The notes: generated by a model from the sequence alone, not told the origin. Positions 17,091 through 27,961 are shown, numbered from the stretch's first letter. The stretch is DNA of 64,000 nt from an uncultured Candidatus Saccharibacteria bacterium (GCA_964392315.1 CAYMOT010000002.1:41234-105233); one strand, 5' to 3'. Numbers and translations are program-made.

Positions 17091-18809
17091 ATGGCTGAAC
17101 GAACTGATCTTGTAGATATACTGCTCCAAAATAACGTTATAAGTGAAGACCAGGCGTCGCAGGTACGGCTTGAACATATCAATACCGGCAAGACGCTCAA
17201 AGAAATTGTCCTCGAACGTAAACTTGCTGATACAAAGCAAATCGTGCAAGCCGAGGCACGAATTCTTAATGTCGAATATATTGACCTCGCCCAGAACGCG
17301 ATTTCTCCTGAAATTCTTACCAAAATTCCCGAGTCTGTAGCGCGCCACTATACGCTTATACCGGTTGAGATGCGCGATGGAAAGCTCGCAGTCGCGATGA
17401 AAGACCCGATGGATCTACAGATTATAGAATTCTTGGAGACAAAGACTGGGGATGAAATTCATCCCATGATGGCGGATGAAGATAGCATCAATAATGCCAT
17501 CTCAGAAATGTACTCGGTGGGTATTGAGCGGGAAGTGCGGGCTGCCCTAAAAGAAAGCGAAAAGGATGCAGCACGTGTCACCCAAAATATTGAGACGGTT
17601 GACGATCTGCGAAAAGCGGTAGAAAGCGCTCCAGTCGCGCGGATTGTCTCCACAATTTTTGAATATGCAATCAAGGTCGGTGCATCGGACGTACATATTG
17701 AACCGGGACCAAGCCACACCCGTATCAGGTATCGAATAGATGGCATTCTGCGTGAGCGGTTGGCACTCCCCCGCCGAGTACACGATTCGGTTGTTTCCCG
17801 TATTAAGATACTCTCGAGTATGAAAATAGATGAGCGCCGGATTCCGCTAGATGGACGGTTCACTTATTCGTTAGAAGATCAGGTTGTGGATATGCGTGTG
17901 TCTACCCTTCCGACTATGCACGGCGAAAAAGTGGTCGCACGACTACTCCGAAAATCAACGAAAGTTCCTACATTAGAAGAACTTGGGCTTCGCGGTCTCG
18001 CGCTCAAACAGTTCAAAGAGGTCATACGTAAGCCAAATGGTATCGTATTAGTCACTGGTCCTACCGGGAGTGGAAAAACTACCACACTTCGTACTGCTGT
18101 AAGTATGGTTAATTCTACCGACGTCAATATTGTGACTTTAGAAGACCCGGTTGAGTATGAAATTCCAGGAATAAATCAAGTACAAACAAATGAGCAAGCT
18201 GGTCTCACTTTTGCTTCTGGACTTCGAAGTTTCTTGCGACAGGACCCAGATATTATTTTGGTCGGTGAAATACGTGATAGCGAAACGATGCAGCTTGCGA
18301 TTCAGGCGTCCCTTACGGGGCATTTAGTCTTCTCTACCCTACACACCAATTCGGCTTCAGGGACGTTGCCTCGATTGATGGATATGGGAGCTGAACCATT
18401 TCTTCTCGCGTCTACGATGGAGCTTGTTCTTGCACAACGTCTTGTGCGTATTCTCTGCCCGGATTGTAGAAAAGAACATAAAGCAACCCCCGAAGAATTA
18501 GAGAAAATTCGGGAGATGCTCTCTGATTTAGCAGATAAATACGCTCCTGCGGAAAAGGAAATTTCCATATATCAGGCACAAGGATGTTCTAAATGTAACG
18601 ATACCGGATACATTGGTCGAATGGGCGTCTTTGAAGTATTGGTGGTCTCAGAGAAGATTGGAAGATTAATTTTAGAGCGCGAAACTGCGGATACTATTGA
18701 AAAGGCGGCTATAGAATCTGGTATGATAAGAATGTTGCAAGATGGTATATTAAAAGTGTTGGACGGGACCACTACGTTAGCTGAGATATTGAGAGTAGCG
18801 AAAGAGTAA
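17091..18809 (+). CDS. pilB: type IV pilus assembly ATPase PilB (GspE family)
   Basis: N-terminal GSPII domain, Walker A LVTGPTGSGKTTT, the tetracysteine motif CPDC...CSKC, 572 aa. Confidence 0.9.
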   Translation: MAERTDLVDILLQNNVISEDQASQVRLEHINTGKTLKEIVLERKLADTKQIVQAEARILNVEYIDLAQNAISPEILTKIPESVARHYTLIPVEMRDGKLAVAMKDPMDLQIIEFLETKTGDEIHPMMADEDSINNAISEMYSVGIEREVRAALKESEKDAARVTQNIETVDDLRKAVESAPVARIVSTIFEYAIKVGASDVHIEPGPSHTRIRYRIDGILRERLALPRRVHDSVVSRIKILSSMKIDERRIPLDGRFTYSLEDQVVDMRVSTLPTMHGEKVVARLLRKSTKVPTLEELGLRGLALKQFKEVIRKPNGIVLVTGPTGSGKTTTLRTAVSMVNSTDVNIVTLEDPVEYEIPGINQVQTNEQAGLTFASGLRSFLRQDPDIILVGEIRDSETMQLAIQASLTGHLVFSTLHTNSASGTLPRLMDMGAEPFLLASTMELVLAQRLVRILCPDCRKEHKATPEELEKIREMLSDLADKYAPAEKEISIYQAQGCSKCNDTGYIGRMGVFEVLVVSEKIGRLILERETADTIEKAAIESGMIRMLQDGILKVLDGTTTLAEILRVAKE

Positions 18810-18829
18810 CTGTTTTCGCTGTACTGCCC

Positions 18830-19885
18830 ATGACTATACAAACACTTCTTGAAGAGGTTGTAAAAAGAGACGCATCAGATTTGCACTTAAGTGTTGGTGC
18901 ATTGCCGACACTTCGAATTGATGGCACGCTCGTGTTCATAGAAGGTACGCACCCCCTTGCAAAAGAGGAGGTCGAAGAATTGGTTCTCACCGTGCTTACC
19001 GACGAACAGCGTGAATTGCTTTTTGCAAACAAAGAAGTTGACCTCTCGTTTGCGCTTGGTGAAATTGCCCGATTTCGTGTAAATGTCTATCACCAGAAAG
19101 GATATCTTGGTGCAGCGTTCCGTCATATTCCCCAAAAAATACGTTCAGTAGAAGAGCTAAATTTACCCGGTATTATTTCCAATTTCACCAAACTGCCACA
19201 AGGGTTTGTCTTGGTAACAGGACCAACAGGCCATGGAAAGTCAACGAGCCTTGCCGCGCTTATCGACAAGATCAACCAAGAACAATCAAAACATATCGTG
19301 ACTATAGAAGATCCAATAGAGTATGTATTTCCCCATAGGCAAAGCTTGATCACCCAACGTGAAATGCACACAGATACCCATTCATGGAAGGTTGCACTGC
19401 GTAGTGTATTGCGTGAAGACCCTGATGTGGTGATGGTTGGAGAAATGCGTGACTACGAAACAACCGAAGCCGCATTACTTGTGGCCGAAACTGGGCACTT
19501 AGTCTTCTCTACCCTACACACAAATTCTGCCGCACAAACTATTAACCGTATTATTGACCAATTTCCTGAGCATCAGCAACAACAAGTTCGTACTCAATTA
19601 TCTTCTGTGCTCGTTGCCGTAATATCGCAACGTCTTATCCCGGCAATTGGTGGTGGACGCTACCCGGCCACAGAAATTCTTGTAGCGACACCTGCGATTA
19701 AAAACATGATTCGTGAGAACAAAGTACATCAGATTGATAACCTTATTCTAACCAGCGAAGAAGCAGGAATGATCAGCTTAGAAGCGTCGCTTGCGAGCCT
19801 CGTACGAGCGGGTAAGATTAATATGGAGCAAGCACGTGAGCATACTTTACGGCCGGAAGTACTCAAGAGGATGCTTAATAAGTAA
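18830..19885 (+). CDS. pilT: type IV pilus retraction ATPase PilT
   Basis: LVTGPTGHGKSTSLAALID Walker A, GEMRD and AETGHLVFSTLHT motifs, 351 aa. Confidence 0.9.
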   Translation: MTIQTLLEEVVKRDASDLHLSVGALPTLRIDGTLVFIEGTHPLAKEEVEELVLTVLTDEQRELLFANKEVDLSFALGEIARFRVNVYHQKGYLGAAFRHIPQKIRSVEELNLPGIISNFTKLPQGFVLVTGPTGHGKSTSLAALIDKINQEQSKHIVTIEDPIEYVFPHRQSLITQREMHTDTHSWKVALRSVLREDPDVVMVGEMRDYETTEAALLVAETGHLVFSTLHTNSAAQTINRIIDQFPEHQQQQVRTQLSSVLVAVISQRLIPAIGGGRYPATEILVATPAIKNMIRENKVHQIDNLILTSEEAGMISLEASLASLVRAGKINMEQAREHTLRPEVLKRMLNK

Positions 19886-19974
19886 TTAATAAACAAATAT
19901 GCATATAAACAAATATGCAAATAGGATGACATCTGCTTATTTGTAGAATTTGACTATTTGTTTATTTTCCCTTC

Positions 19975-21180
19975 ATGCAAACATACGTTTACACCGCAGT
20001 TACAAAAGAAGGCGACCGACGAAAAGGTGAACTTGAGGGTATTGACGAACGGCAAGTTGCCGAAATTCTCAGAGATCAAGATCTCATTGTTACGGGTATT
20101 GAACCGAAGCCAGAATATGATTTGCTCAAGCGTCTCAAAAGTGCACGTGGCGTGCCTGGTACGGATTTGGCAATTTTTACCCAGCAACTTGCTACCATGA
20201 TCAATTCGGGGCTTCCGATTACCCAAGGCCTTTCGATTCTGGAAAAACAAACTTCGAATGCAGTACTCAAAGAAGCAATTACCAAAATTTCCCAAGGACT
20301 CGATGCTGGGCAGAACATGCACCATATGTTGGGAGAATACCCGAACATATTCAATCGACTCTATATTTCACTCGTCCGTGCAGGAGAAGCATCCGGTAAG
20401 TTAGGAGAGATTTTGGAGGAAATGGGAGATGTGCTTGAGCGTGAGAATGAGTTTCGGGCACGGGTGAAAGGCGCGATGATTTACCCAATCATTGTGTTGA
20501 TCGTAATGCTTATTGTGATGCTGGTAATGATGATCTTTGTGATCCCCCAGTTGACCGAGCTCTATGAGGATCTCGATGTAGAGTTGCCACTTCCCACGAA
20601 GATATTTATTAGTATGAGTGATTTCTTTGTTGCAAATTGGTATTTGATCCCCATTGTTACGATAGGCGGCATATTAGGATATCGATGGTATTCCAGTACC
20701 TTGCAAGGCAGGTACCTCATTGATGAAATAAAGATGAAGATGCCAGTATTTGGGAAACTGCTTCTTCACGCACAATTGACGTCTTTTGCACGGACACTTT
20801 CTCTTTTGTTAACTGCGGGTATTCCTATGTTAGAAGCGATTGATATTTCAGGGGAGACGCTTACGAATATTCACCTGCGTGAAGCTGCTGCCCAATCAGG
20901 CAAAATGATCGAAAAGGGACGTTCTCTCTCCGAAACGTTTCGATCAAGTGAAAAGTTTCCTCCGTTGGTGGCGGAGATGGTCGCAGTCGGTGAACAAACG
21001 GGTAAGGTAGATGAGGTCTTGGTAAAGATTGCGGGCTATTTTGAAAACCTGGCAACGAAAGCTACAGAGAATCTTTCTGCCGCACTCGAGCCAATTATTA
21101 TTGTTATTCTTGCAATTGGTGTTGGTACGCTAGTCATCAGTTTTATTTTGCCTATCTACTCGTTGACAAGCTCATTTTAG
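19975..21180 (+). CDS. pilC: type IV pilus platform protein PilC (GspF family)
   Basis: Two GspF repeats with 3 TM segments, 401 aa. Adjacent to pilB and pilT. Confidence 0.88.
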   Translation: MQTYVYTAVTKEGDRRKGELEGIDERQVAEILRDQDLIVTGIEPKPEYDLLKRLKSARGVPGTDLAIFTQQLATMINSGLPITQGLSILEKQTSNAVLKEAITKISQGLDAGQNMHHMLGEYPNIFNRLYISLVRAGEASGKLGEILEEMGDVLERENEFRARVKGAMIYPIIVLIVMLIVMLVMMIFVIPQLTELYEDLDVELPLPTKIFISMSDFFVANWYLIPIVTIGGILGYRWYSSTLQGRYLIDEIKMKMPVFGKLLLHAQLTSFARTLSLLLTAGIPMLEAIDISGETLTNIHLREAAAQSGKMIEKGRSLSETFRSSEKFPPLVAEMVAVGEQTGKVDEVLVKIAGYFENLATKATENLSAALEPIIIVILAIGVGTLVISFILPIYSLTSSF

Positions 21181-21225
21181 CGATGTTACGGTTAGATATA
21201 GTAGAAGGGGGGTGAATTCGAGCAT

Positions 21226-21687
21226 ATGAAAAAAGCATTTAACAGAGGTTTTACGCTTATCGAGCTTTTGGTTGTTATCGCAGTATTGGGAATTTTGGCA
21301 GCCGTTGTATTGGTAGCGATTAACCCTCAAGCTCGTATTCAGGACGCCCGGAATTCCGGCGTAAGAGCCGACATTGGACAGATTGCGACTGCACTCGAAG
21401 CTTCCTTTACTGATAATGAAGGTGTATATCCAGCAGCTCTCACCGACCTACAAACTGAAGATCAACTGAAAAACATACCAGTTCCTCCAACAGGACGTAC
21501 CGGTTGTGATGAAACAGCAGCTTACGGATATCTAACCGCAGGAGGAGAAGCTGCAGTATGGGCTGATCTTGAGCCGTGCGATTCCGCAACAGAAACTAAC
21601 TACGTGTACTGGACAATTTGTGGTAAAGCAATGGAATCAAACGTACAGCCAGTAGCAAGTGAAATTACGGATACAAGTAACTGTTAG
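21226..21687 (+). CDS. pilA: type IV major pilin (prepilin with class III signal peptide)
   Basis: MKKAFNRG|FTLIELLVVIAVLGILAAVVLVAI: the canonical G/FTLIE prepilin cleavage and methylation motif. 153 aa with C-terminal cysteines. Confidence 0.85.
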   Translation: MKKAFNRGFTLIELLVVIAVLGILAAVVLVAINPQARIQDARNSGVRADIGQIATALEASFTDNEGVYPAALTDLQTEDQLKNIPVPPTGRTGCDETAAYGYLTAGGEAAVWADLEPCDSATETNYVYWTICGKAMESNVQPVASEITDTSNC

Positions 21688-21730
21688 TCGTTCGCTTTAG
21701 CTGTACAGTACTAGTACTGTAGTTATACAT

Positions 21731-21770
21731 AACAAGCGCGTGGAAACACGCGCTTTGTTATATTTCTACG
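21731..21770 (+). terminator. rho-independent terminator after the pilin gene
   Basis: AACAAGCGCGTG-GAAA-CACGCGCTTTGTT hairpin with a GAAA tetraloop, followed by TATATTTCT. It is preceded by a second perfect palindrome, TACAGTACTAGTACTGTA (21705-21722). Confidence 0.65.
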
Positions 21771-21808
21771 AAATATTCAGAAAGTTGTGGCTTGTTATAA
21801 TGTATGTC

Positions 21809-23821
21809 ATGAATCGTATCGCGGTTTTAATCCGATCGAACTTGCTCGAGTTACTCGTATTCTCGTTATCTCTCCTTCTTTATACTTATACTGCTCCACC
21901 GCACATTTTTTCAGGCGATAGTGCTGAACTCACAACGGCTGCAGCAACAGGAGGGTATGCCCACCCTCCAGGATATCCACTCTATTCACTTCTGGGGTCG
22001 ATCTGGATTAAGGTCTTTGCATTAGGGACGATTGGGTGGCGGATGAATATGTTTTCGGTGATCTGGGCTGCTTTATGTGTGGTGGTTATTTTTAAGCTTG
22101 TGTTTGCACTAACCAAGCATCGTATTGCTGCGGTGATAAGTGCGTGTACCGTGGTTGTAGCGAATTCATATTGGCTCTATGGGATCGTAGCCGAAGTGTT
22201 TTCGTTGCATGCTTTTTTGAATATGCTTCTATTGTATGCGGTTGTGCAGTTTTATTTGACAAAAAAATTGTACTACACCTACGTAGCAGCGATTGCTTTT
22301 TCATTGGAGATCGCACATCAACACCTTGTTATTTTGTCTGTTCCTGGAATCCTCGTGGTACTTCTAACAATGCGCTTTTGGAAGCACATATCAGCTAAGC
22401 ATCTTGTGGCACTTTTTGTTATTAGTGTATCTGGATTACTGTGGTATTTGTATCTTCCCCTATCAAAAGCACTCAGCGGCATATACTACTGGGGTTCCCC
22501 AGATACACTTTCTGGGGTTATCGACCTATTTTTACGCAGACAGTATGGCACATTTGATATTACCCACGGTGGGTCATCTTTAACTTTATTGCAAAGGCTC
22601 GAATATGTTAAAGCATTTCTCATGTTGTATGCTTTTAATTATGGAATACCGGGTTTATTGCTGACTTGTATAGGGATTGTGTACTTTTTGAAAAAGCGGA
22701 CTACCCTTGCAATTTCTTTTTTCCTTATCTTTATCGTGACGAGTATCATATTCCTTGTATATGCAGGTCTTGAGACAGTAAACATATTTCGATTGGGCAT
22801 GGTTGAAAAGTTTAGTGTTTTTCCTATCGCCGTTGGGGGAATTTTTATTGGCTATGGAGTATTGTGGGTGTCCCAGAACAAGTTTATACAGAGATATTCT
22901 GCTCTTTTAAAAAATAGGTCAATACCTTTTGTGATAGCGGGTCTTATGTTTGTATTACCCTTATATTTATTGGTGAATCATTGGGATACACTCAATCTTC
23001 GTAATTATTGGGAAGGGTGGTATTTGGGTGTTGATACCTTGATGTATGTCCCTGACTATTCTTTTGTAGGTGTCTCAGGGGATACGATGTCATTTAATAC
23101 GCGTTACATCAATGAAGTAGAGCGTCCACGTCGAAATATTATAATTACTAACTCCCCTCGTGAACCGGTCATTATACAAACTCGACGGTTGCTTGGTGAC
23201 TTGCAACTAGAACCGTCCGTGCCCATTGAAAATGAGCAATTTATCAATGAAATGATCAAGAAGTATCCTAAGGAGTTATCGTATTTCGTTCGCAGTCAGG
23301 TAACCGTTCCAAGTGGGTATGAGCTTGTTCCGGTTGGAGCATTGAACCAGGTGTTGCTTACAGATACCCTGCCCCCTAGAGAAGAGACGCTTGGGCAGCT
23401 GCGACATTTTCTGAATAATTCGTTTATGTTAAATCAATCGGGACTTGATACTTCTCTTCCTCCTCTAGCAGATAGCATTCGTGATGACTACGGTTTGATT
23501 TTGAACAATATTGGATGGTACTTGATACATGAACGAGAATATGAGGTTGCACGGGAAGTCTTCAAAAAAGGTAGTAGTATTGATCCGGGAAGACTCGAGC
23601 ATACACTTGGGTTTTATGCAATAGAGCGAGAAAAAGGTAATTGTCAAGCTGCTGGTGCTATCCTTGATGCATACGACGCAGACAGTGCTATCAAGCGCTT
23701 CACGATACTTCGTGAAAAAGCGGTTCTTTATCGGGTGTGCTACAAAGATGAGGAGAAGGTAACTGAATTGTTAAAAGAACTGGAATCAATACAATTACCT
23801 AGTGGCGCCTCTGGGACATAG
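21809..23821 (+). CDS. GT-C fold membrane glycosyltransferase (DUF2723 / PMT-like) with C-terminal TPR-like repeats
   Basis: FSGDSAELTTAAATGGYAHPPGYPLYSLLG matches the N-terminal catalytic-loop signature of DUF2723/PMT_2 (ArnT/PMT-like). More than 10 TM helices, then a soluble C-terminal repeat region. The ORF begins at 21740 inside the terminator, so I chose the ATG at 21809. Confidence 0.55.
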   Translation: MNRIAVLIRSNLLELLVFSLSLLLYTYTAPPHIFSGDSAELTTAAATGGYAHPPGYPLYSLLGSIWIKVFALGTIGWRMNMFSVIWAALCVVVIFKLVFALTKHRIAAVISACTVVVANSYWLYGIVAEVFSLHAFLNMLLLYAVVQFYLTKKLYYTYVAAIAFSLEIAHQHLVILSVPGILVVLLTMRFWKHISAKHLVALFVISVSGLLWYLYLPLSKALSGIYYWGSPDTLSGVIDLFLRRQYGTFDITHGGSSLTLLQRLEYVKAFLMLYAFNYGIPGLLLTCIGIVYFLKKRTTLAISFFLIFIVTSIIFLVYAGLETVNIFRLGMVEKFSVFPIAVGGIFIGYGVLWVSQNKFIQRYSALLKNRSIPFVIAGLMFVLPLYLLVNHWDTLNLRNYWEGWYLGVDTLMYVPDYSFVGVSGDTMSFNTRYINEVERPRRNIIITNSPREPVIIQTRRLLGDLQLEPSVPIENEQFINEMIKKYPKELSYFVRSQVTVPSGYELVPVGALNQVLLTDTLPPREETLGQLRHFLNNSFMLNQSGLDTSLPPLADSIRDDYGLILNNIGWYLIHEREYEVAREVFKKGSSIDPGRLEHTLGFYAIEREKGNCQAAGAILDAYDADSAIKRFTILREKAVLYRVCYKDEEKVTELLKELESIQLPSGASGT

Positions 23822-24023
23822 TGCGGTACTTTATAAAAAGGTACTAGAAGCTATTTCAAAACCCAACGATACGCTCGTAGAGATAGCAAAAAATGTTCGT
23901 CATCAAGGCGCACCAACAGATCATGATACGTTTCGGACATCGACGTTGATGCCAGCACATTTTTTGTATCTCACTTGCGTTGGTTGGTCAGGTTTTGGAA
24001 TAGCTTCTAGTATCGAAAACGCT

Positions 24024-24824
24024 ATGTTTATTATTTATTTAACTCTTATTGCACTCCTTGTTGGCTCATTTCTCAACATGCTCATAGATCGGTTACATAC
24101 CAAAGAGCAAATAATTGGCCTGTCACGCTCTCATTGTGATACGTGCGGACATATATTGGGAGTACGTGACCTTGTTCCGATAGTTTCGTGGCTTATGTTA
24201 AGAGGCAAATGTCGGTATTGTGGAGCACCTATTCCGGCACGAAATGCGTTAGTCGAGCTAGTCACTGCTGCCTTGGTTGTGTTGACCTATGTGGAATTAT
24301 TTGAGAGCAACTTATTGAGTATTGAGGAGATACCAGTCTTTGTTTTGGTTACCATCATTCTTTGTGCGCTTCTTGTGTTGCTGGTTTTTGACGTGTATCA
24401 CCAAATTCTCCCAGACAGTGTTATGGTTGTGGCATTACTTGCGACGATAGGGCTCCATGGTTTCTTTTTTGTGGAAAACGGCATCCTATTCGGAAATATC
24501 AGTTTCATGAATAGTATGCTTAGTGCGTTTGGGTCTGCACTCCCCTACTTCATACTTATTCTCATGACCAAAGGTGCCGGAATGGGTGGTGGGGATCTAA
24601 AATTAGCGTTTGTAATGGGGCTGTTGTTAGGGTATCCAAAGATATTTGTCGCACAGTACATTGCCTTTATTTTGGGAGGGATTGTCGCGATTGTCTTACT
24701 TATGGGGGGCAAAAAACGTTTCGGTCAGACAATGGCATTTGGTCCGTTTATGATCATAGGAACATGTTCTGTGTTGTTTTGGGGCGACGAAATTATTAAG
24801 AGATTCGCATATTGGATTCCTTAA
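24024..24824 (+). CDS. pilD: prepilin peptidase PilD (A24 family)
   Basis: LLVGSFLNMLIDRL, then the zinc-binding CDTCGH...CRYCG, GGGDLKL and polytopic TM helices. The ORF extends upstream to 23802; the start may instead be at 23949. Confidence 0.8.
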   Translation: MFIIYLTLIALLVGSFLNMLIDRLHTKEQIIGLSRSHCDTCGHILGVRDLVPIVSWLMLRGKCRYCGAPIPARNALVELVTAALVVLTYVELFESNLLSIEEIPVFVLVTIILCALLVLLVFDVYHQILPDSVMVVALLATIGLHGFFFVENGILFGNISFMNSMLSAFGSALPYFILILMTKGAGMGGGDLKLAFVMGLLLGYPKIFVAQYIAFILGGIVAIVLLMGGKKRFGQTMAFGPFMIIGTCSVLFWGDEIIKRFAYWIP

Positions 24825-24902
24825 CGAAAGGTATTGGTGGGCTTTAAGATGCCAGTAGAACGCTGCTTTTAACACGTCTTGCGTTATGATACGCTGTATC
24901 TA

Positions 24903-25433
24903 ATGAAAATATTTGGCTTGAATGATAAAGGTGTCACGATTATCGAACTCATTATTGTGACAGTTTTGATTGCTATCCTTGCAGCGTTTGCATTGCCGCA
25001 GTTTCAAAAGGTTGCTCTCCGGCAAGAATTTATTTCACAAGTGGATGCGGTAATGGATGATCTTCGGGTAGCACAAAGTTCGGCACGTAATTCTATTGAG
25101 GATAAGCAGGTAGATCCACTATTACCTCCTGTTCCGGTCGTCGCATATCAGTTTATCCCAATATTAGATGGTGAAGGGTATGAAATCAGGCAATTACTTG
25201 AAAATGGAAATACCCCGGTGATTGCAACAAACAACCTCGCCTTAAAAAGAATAGCTATAACAATGCCCGCTGAGGCATCAGGTGGATTCCAATTTAATGT
25301 GCCAAGCGGCAGAACGGCAGACCTCACTGGGGACCCATATTTAAATGTAAAATTTGACCTACAATTTCTGCATGCTGGACTTCAAGAAACGATTAGTGTT
25401 AGTATAGATCCAAGCGGAACTATATCTCGATGA
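24903..25433 (+). CDS. minor pilin / pseudopilin (prepilin-type N-terminus)
   Basis: MKIFGLNDKG|VTIIELIIVTVLIAILAAFALP: class III signal peptide with E at +5. Confidence 0.7.
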   Translation: MKIFGLNDKGVTIIELIIVTVLIAILAAFALPQFQKVALRQEFISQVDAVMDDLRVAQSSARNSIEDKQVDPLLPPVPVVAYQFIPILDGEGYEIRQLLENGNTPVIATNNLALKRIAITMPAEASGGFQFNVPSGRTADLTGDPYLNVKFDLQFLHAGLQETISVSIDPSGTISR

Positions 25434-25900
25434 AAAACCGTATTGCATCACTGCCACAACTTTTTAAGTCACAAGACGGACTCTCCCTAATTGAAATCCT
25501 CGTTTCTATTGTCTTGGTTGTCATTATTGGTACGGTTGCGGTAACCGTTGGTAGTGGTACGTTGCTTGATGCCCAAGCAAATCAAGACCGCGCTCGTGCG
25601 CTCTCTTACACCCTAGAAGCACTCGAGCAGGTTCGTTCGATTCGTGATACCGATCCTGACTCCTTGTTTGCTCTCCCAGATGGAACGTATGTATTGACAG
25701 AAACAGCCCTTAATCCCGTATCTGCATTTAACGAAGCTTCTCCCGAACCACATCTTATTCCAGATACCACTCGATATTACCGAGTTGTTGAGATATCGGG
25801 GGATTCGGAACGTAAAGAAGTGCATGTGGTGACCTATTTTAAAGAAAAGTCGGTATTCCGTTCTGTAGAAACCACGGCCTATCTCACTGATTGGCAATAA
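25430..25900 (+). CDS. minor pilin / pseudopilin
   Basis: G|LSLIEILVSIVLVVIIGTVAV N-terminal methylation motif. Overlaps the previous gene by 4 nt. Confidence 0.7.
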   Translation: MKNRIASLPQLFKSQDGLSLIEILVSIVLVVIIGTVAVTVGSGTLLDAQANQDRARALSYTLEALEQVRSIRDTDPDSLFALPDGTYVLTETALNPVSAFNEASPEPHLIPDTTRYYRVVEISGDSERKEVHVVTYFKEKSVFRSVETTAYLTDWQ

Positions 25901-25903
25901 GGT

Positions 25904-26518
25904 ATGCATTATGACACCCAAAAGTTTTTTAAAACAATTAGATCGCAGCAAGGGCTTACACTTGTTGAAATATTAGTAAGTACGGTCATTGTTTCGGCAG
26001 TGACTGTTGCACTTGTCACAATTTACCTAACTGCGTACAAAGGATACGATCGAAGCAACGCCATAAACCTCATGCAAGAAGAAGGTAATAGAATTATTTC
26101 CGTCATGACGCGAAGTATCCATGCAAGCACACTCGCAGAAAATACTGGCGCTAACTTGGTATTGACGCTTGATCCAGATAGTATTGAGTACAAGGAAAAT
26201 GGAGAATGTAAGACGGTGACATTCGTATTTGTACCTGGAGATGCAGTGAGCGATGGAACTATTAGGCAAGTATTTACCGGGTGCGCGGATCCAACACTGC
26301 TGGGAGGTTACGAAAATACATTGAGTAACCAAGGTAATACCACAGGTATTCATGTGGTGAATTTTTCTACATCAGTACGCGGAGGGGCACTTGATCGGAC
26401 ACAATTAGTAAGTATAGATTTTGTTCTTGCGCAGTCACGGAGCAGAAACGATCGAGGGAATTACGATGTTGAAGTTCCGTTTCAGACAAAAATCAGTACG
26501 AGAGGGTATGCAAGCTAA
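25904..26518 (+). CDS. minor pilin / pseudopilin (PilV/PilW-like)
   Basis: QQG|LTLVEILVSTVIVSAVTVALV prepilin motif. Confidence 0.7.
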   Translation: MHYDTQKFFKTIRSQQGLTLVEILVSTVIVSAVTVALVTIYLTAYKGYDRSNAINLMQEEGNRIISVMTRSIHASTLAENTGANLVLTLDPDSIEYKENGECKTVTFVFVPGDAVSDGTIRQVFTGCADPTLLGGYENTLSNQGNTTGIHVVNFSTSVRGGALDRTQLVSIDFVLAQSRSRNDRGNYDVEVPFQTKISTRGYAS

Positions 26519-26536
26519 AGGGCAGATCAAACTCTT

Positions 26537-27961
26537 GTGGTAATGTTAAAAAGTTCATACTATACGATAAGTAATATGTATAAAAATAAAAACATCTTTC
26601 TAAATCAGCAAGGTCAGGTACTTCTTCTTACCATACTTATTTCAGTCATTGTCATGACAATTGCTATTGCAGCCTCACGGAGAACAACGGTGGATGTAAA
26701 GCAACTCAATGCATCTACGGAATCTAATAGAGCACTATCAGCGGCAGAGGCAGGTGTGGAAGAGGCGCTACTTGCGTTAAAAAATGGTGTTACGCTTGCG
26801 AATTGTCATGATGAAGCAAGTTGTGGCATTGACTTGGGCACCGGTAAGGTCAAATCAATTGAAGTAGTAGAACAATCAATGCTATCGATGGCAAATGTTC
26901 CAACTGAGCAAACAATTCAAGTGCTCCTTCACGATTCAGCTGTTGACTTTAACGGTGTTGTTACGCTTCGGTGGGATGCGGGTACTTCGGTTGTCGTGAG
27001 TGTACTCTTACGAGATAGCAGTAACCCGCCTCGGTATGCGTTATATCGTGAAGCATACAATTGTGGGAACGGTACAGTGAATAATGGTTTTCAGGACATT
27101 TCTCCAACAAACGGCCAGTGTGAAATATCAGTAGACATCAATGACATTGAAACAAACCTGTATCCTGGCTATACTGCAATACTGATGCGTATCAGGATGA
27201 TGTACGATAGCTCAAGTATTTTTGTACAAGGCAATGTAGATTTACCAACACAAGCATTTAGTATCGATTCTACGGGAGATTCGGGCGACGCAGAACGAAC
27301 TATCCAGGCAACACGCACAAATGCTTCTTTGCCGAGTATCTTTGACTTTGCGCTCTTTAACGGCTCTTCAAACACGTTGCAAAATATACCAGGCGGAACG
27401 TCATGGTTTCAGTTTATGAATGGTGACGTTCACTCGTCAGGTAACGGTGGTATTAATGTTGACATTCCGGGTGGTTCTGTACTTTGTACGGGAGACATGG
27501 GATGTGTTGTTACTTCTGAGGATGGGATTGATACCGGTGGTGGTTCGATAAGTGATGAAAACTGGTTTGATAATGATTATGACGAGGACTTCAATATTGA
27601 GCGGTTTTCATATGATGCATTATTAACTCGACTATCGCCGGATATTCCCAACACCCATATAGGTAATAACTTAGCGAATGTGCAAGGGGTTTTACATCAG
27701 CCTTCGATAGTTCGTATCAAAGGTACGGGTGGAGTAGTGTCGCTCAATCAAGGAGAATTTGATAAATTGACCGATGAGCCCACCGTAGTGTTTGTGGGGA
27801 ATGAAGCAGGACAGGCCGATGTAAATTTGGAAATTACGGTGCCTGAATTTATCAATAAAAATGTTGTATTTATTGTCAGTGGTGACGTTGTGGTGTCGCC
27901 AGTAGTAAAGAAGCTAGAGGCTGCAGTTATCTTTGATGGGCTTATGACGGTTAAGAACTAG
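26537..27961 (+). CDS. large PilX-N-like minor pilin / putative pilus-associated adhesin
   Basis: N-terminal GQVLLLTILISVIVMTIAIAASRRT resembles the PilX N domain (no Glu at +5). It is followed by a 420-aa Gly/Asp/Thr/Asn-rich, likely beta-rich extracellular domain. Confidence 0.45.
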   Translation: MVMLKSSYYTISNMYKNKNIFLNQQGQVLLLTILISVIVMTIAIAASRRTTVDVKQLNASTESNRALSAAEAGVEEALLALKNGVTLANCHDEASCGIDLGTGKVKSIEVVEQSMLSMANVPTEQTIQVLLHDSAVDFNGVVTLRWDAGTSVVVSVLLRDSSNPPRYALYREAYNCGNGTVNNGFQDISPTNGQCEISVDINDIETNLYPGYTAILMRIRMMYDSSSIFVQGNVDLPTQAFSIDSTGDSGDAERTIQATRTNASLPSIFDFALFNGSSNTLQNIPGGTSWFQFMNGDVHSSGNGGINVDIPGGSVLCTGDMGCVVTSEDGIDTGGGSISDENWFDNDYDEDFNIERFSYDALLTRLSPDIPNTHIGNNLANVQGVLHQPSIVRIKGTGGVVSLNQGEFDKLTDEPTVVFVGNEAGQADVNLEITVPEFINKNVVFIVSGDVVVSPVVKKLEAAVIFDGLMTVKN

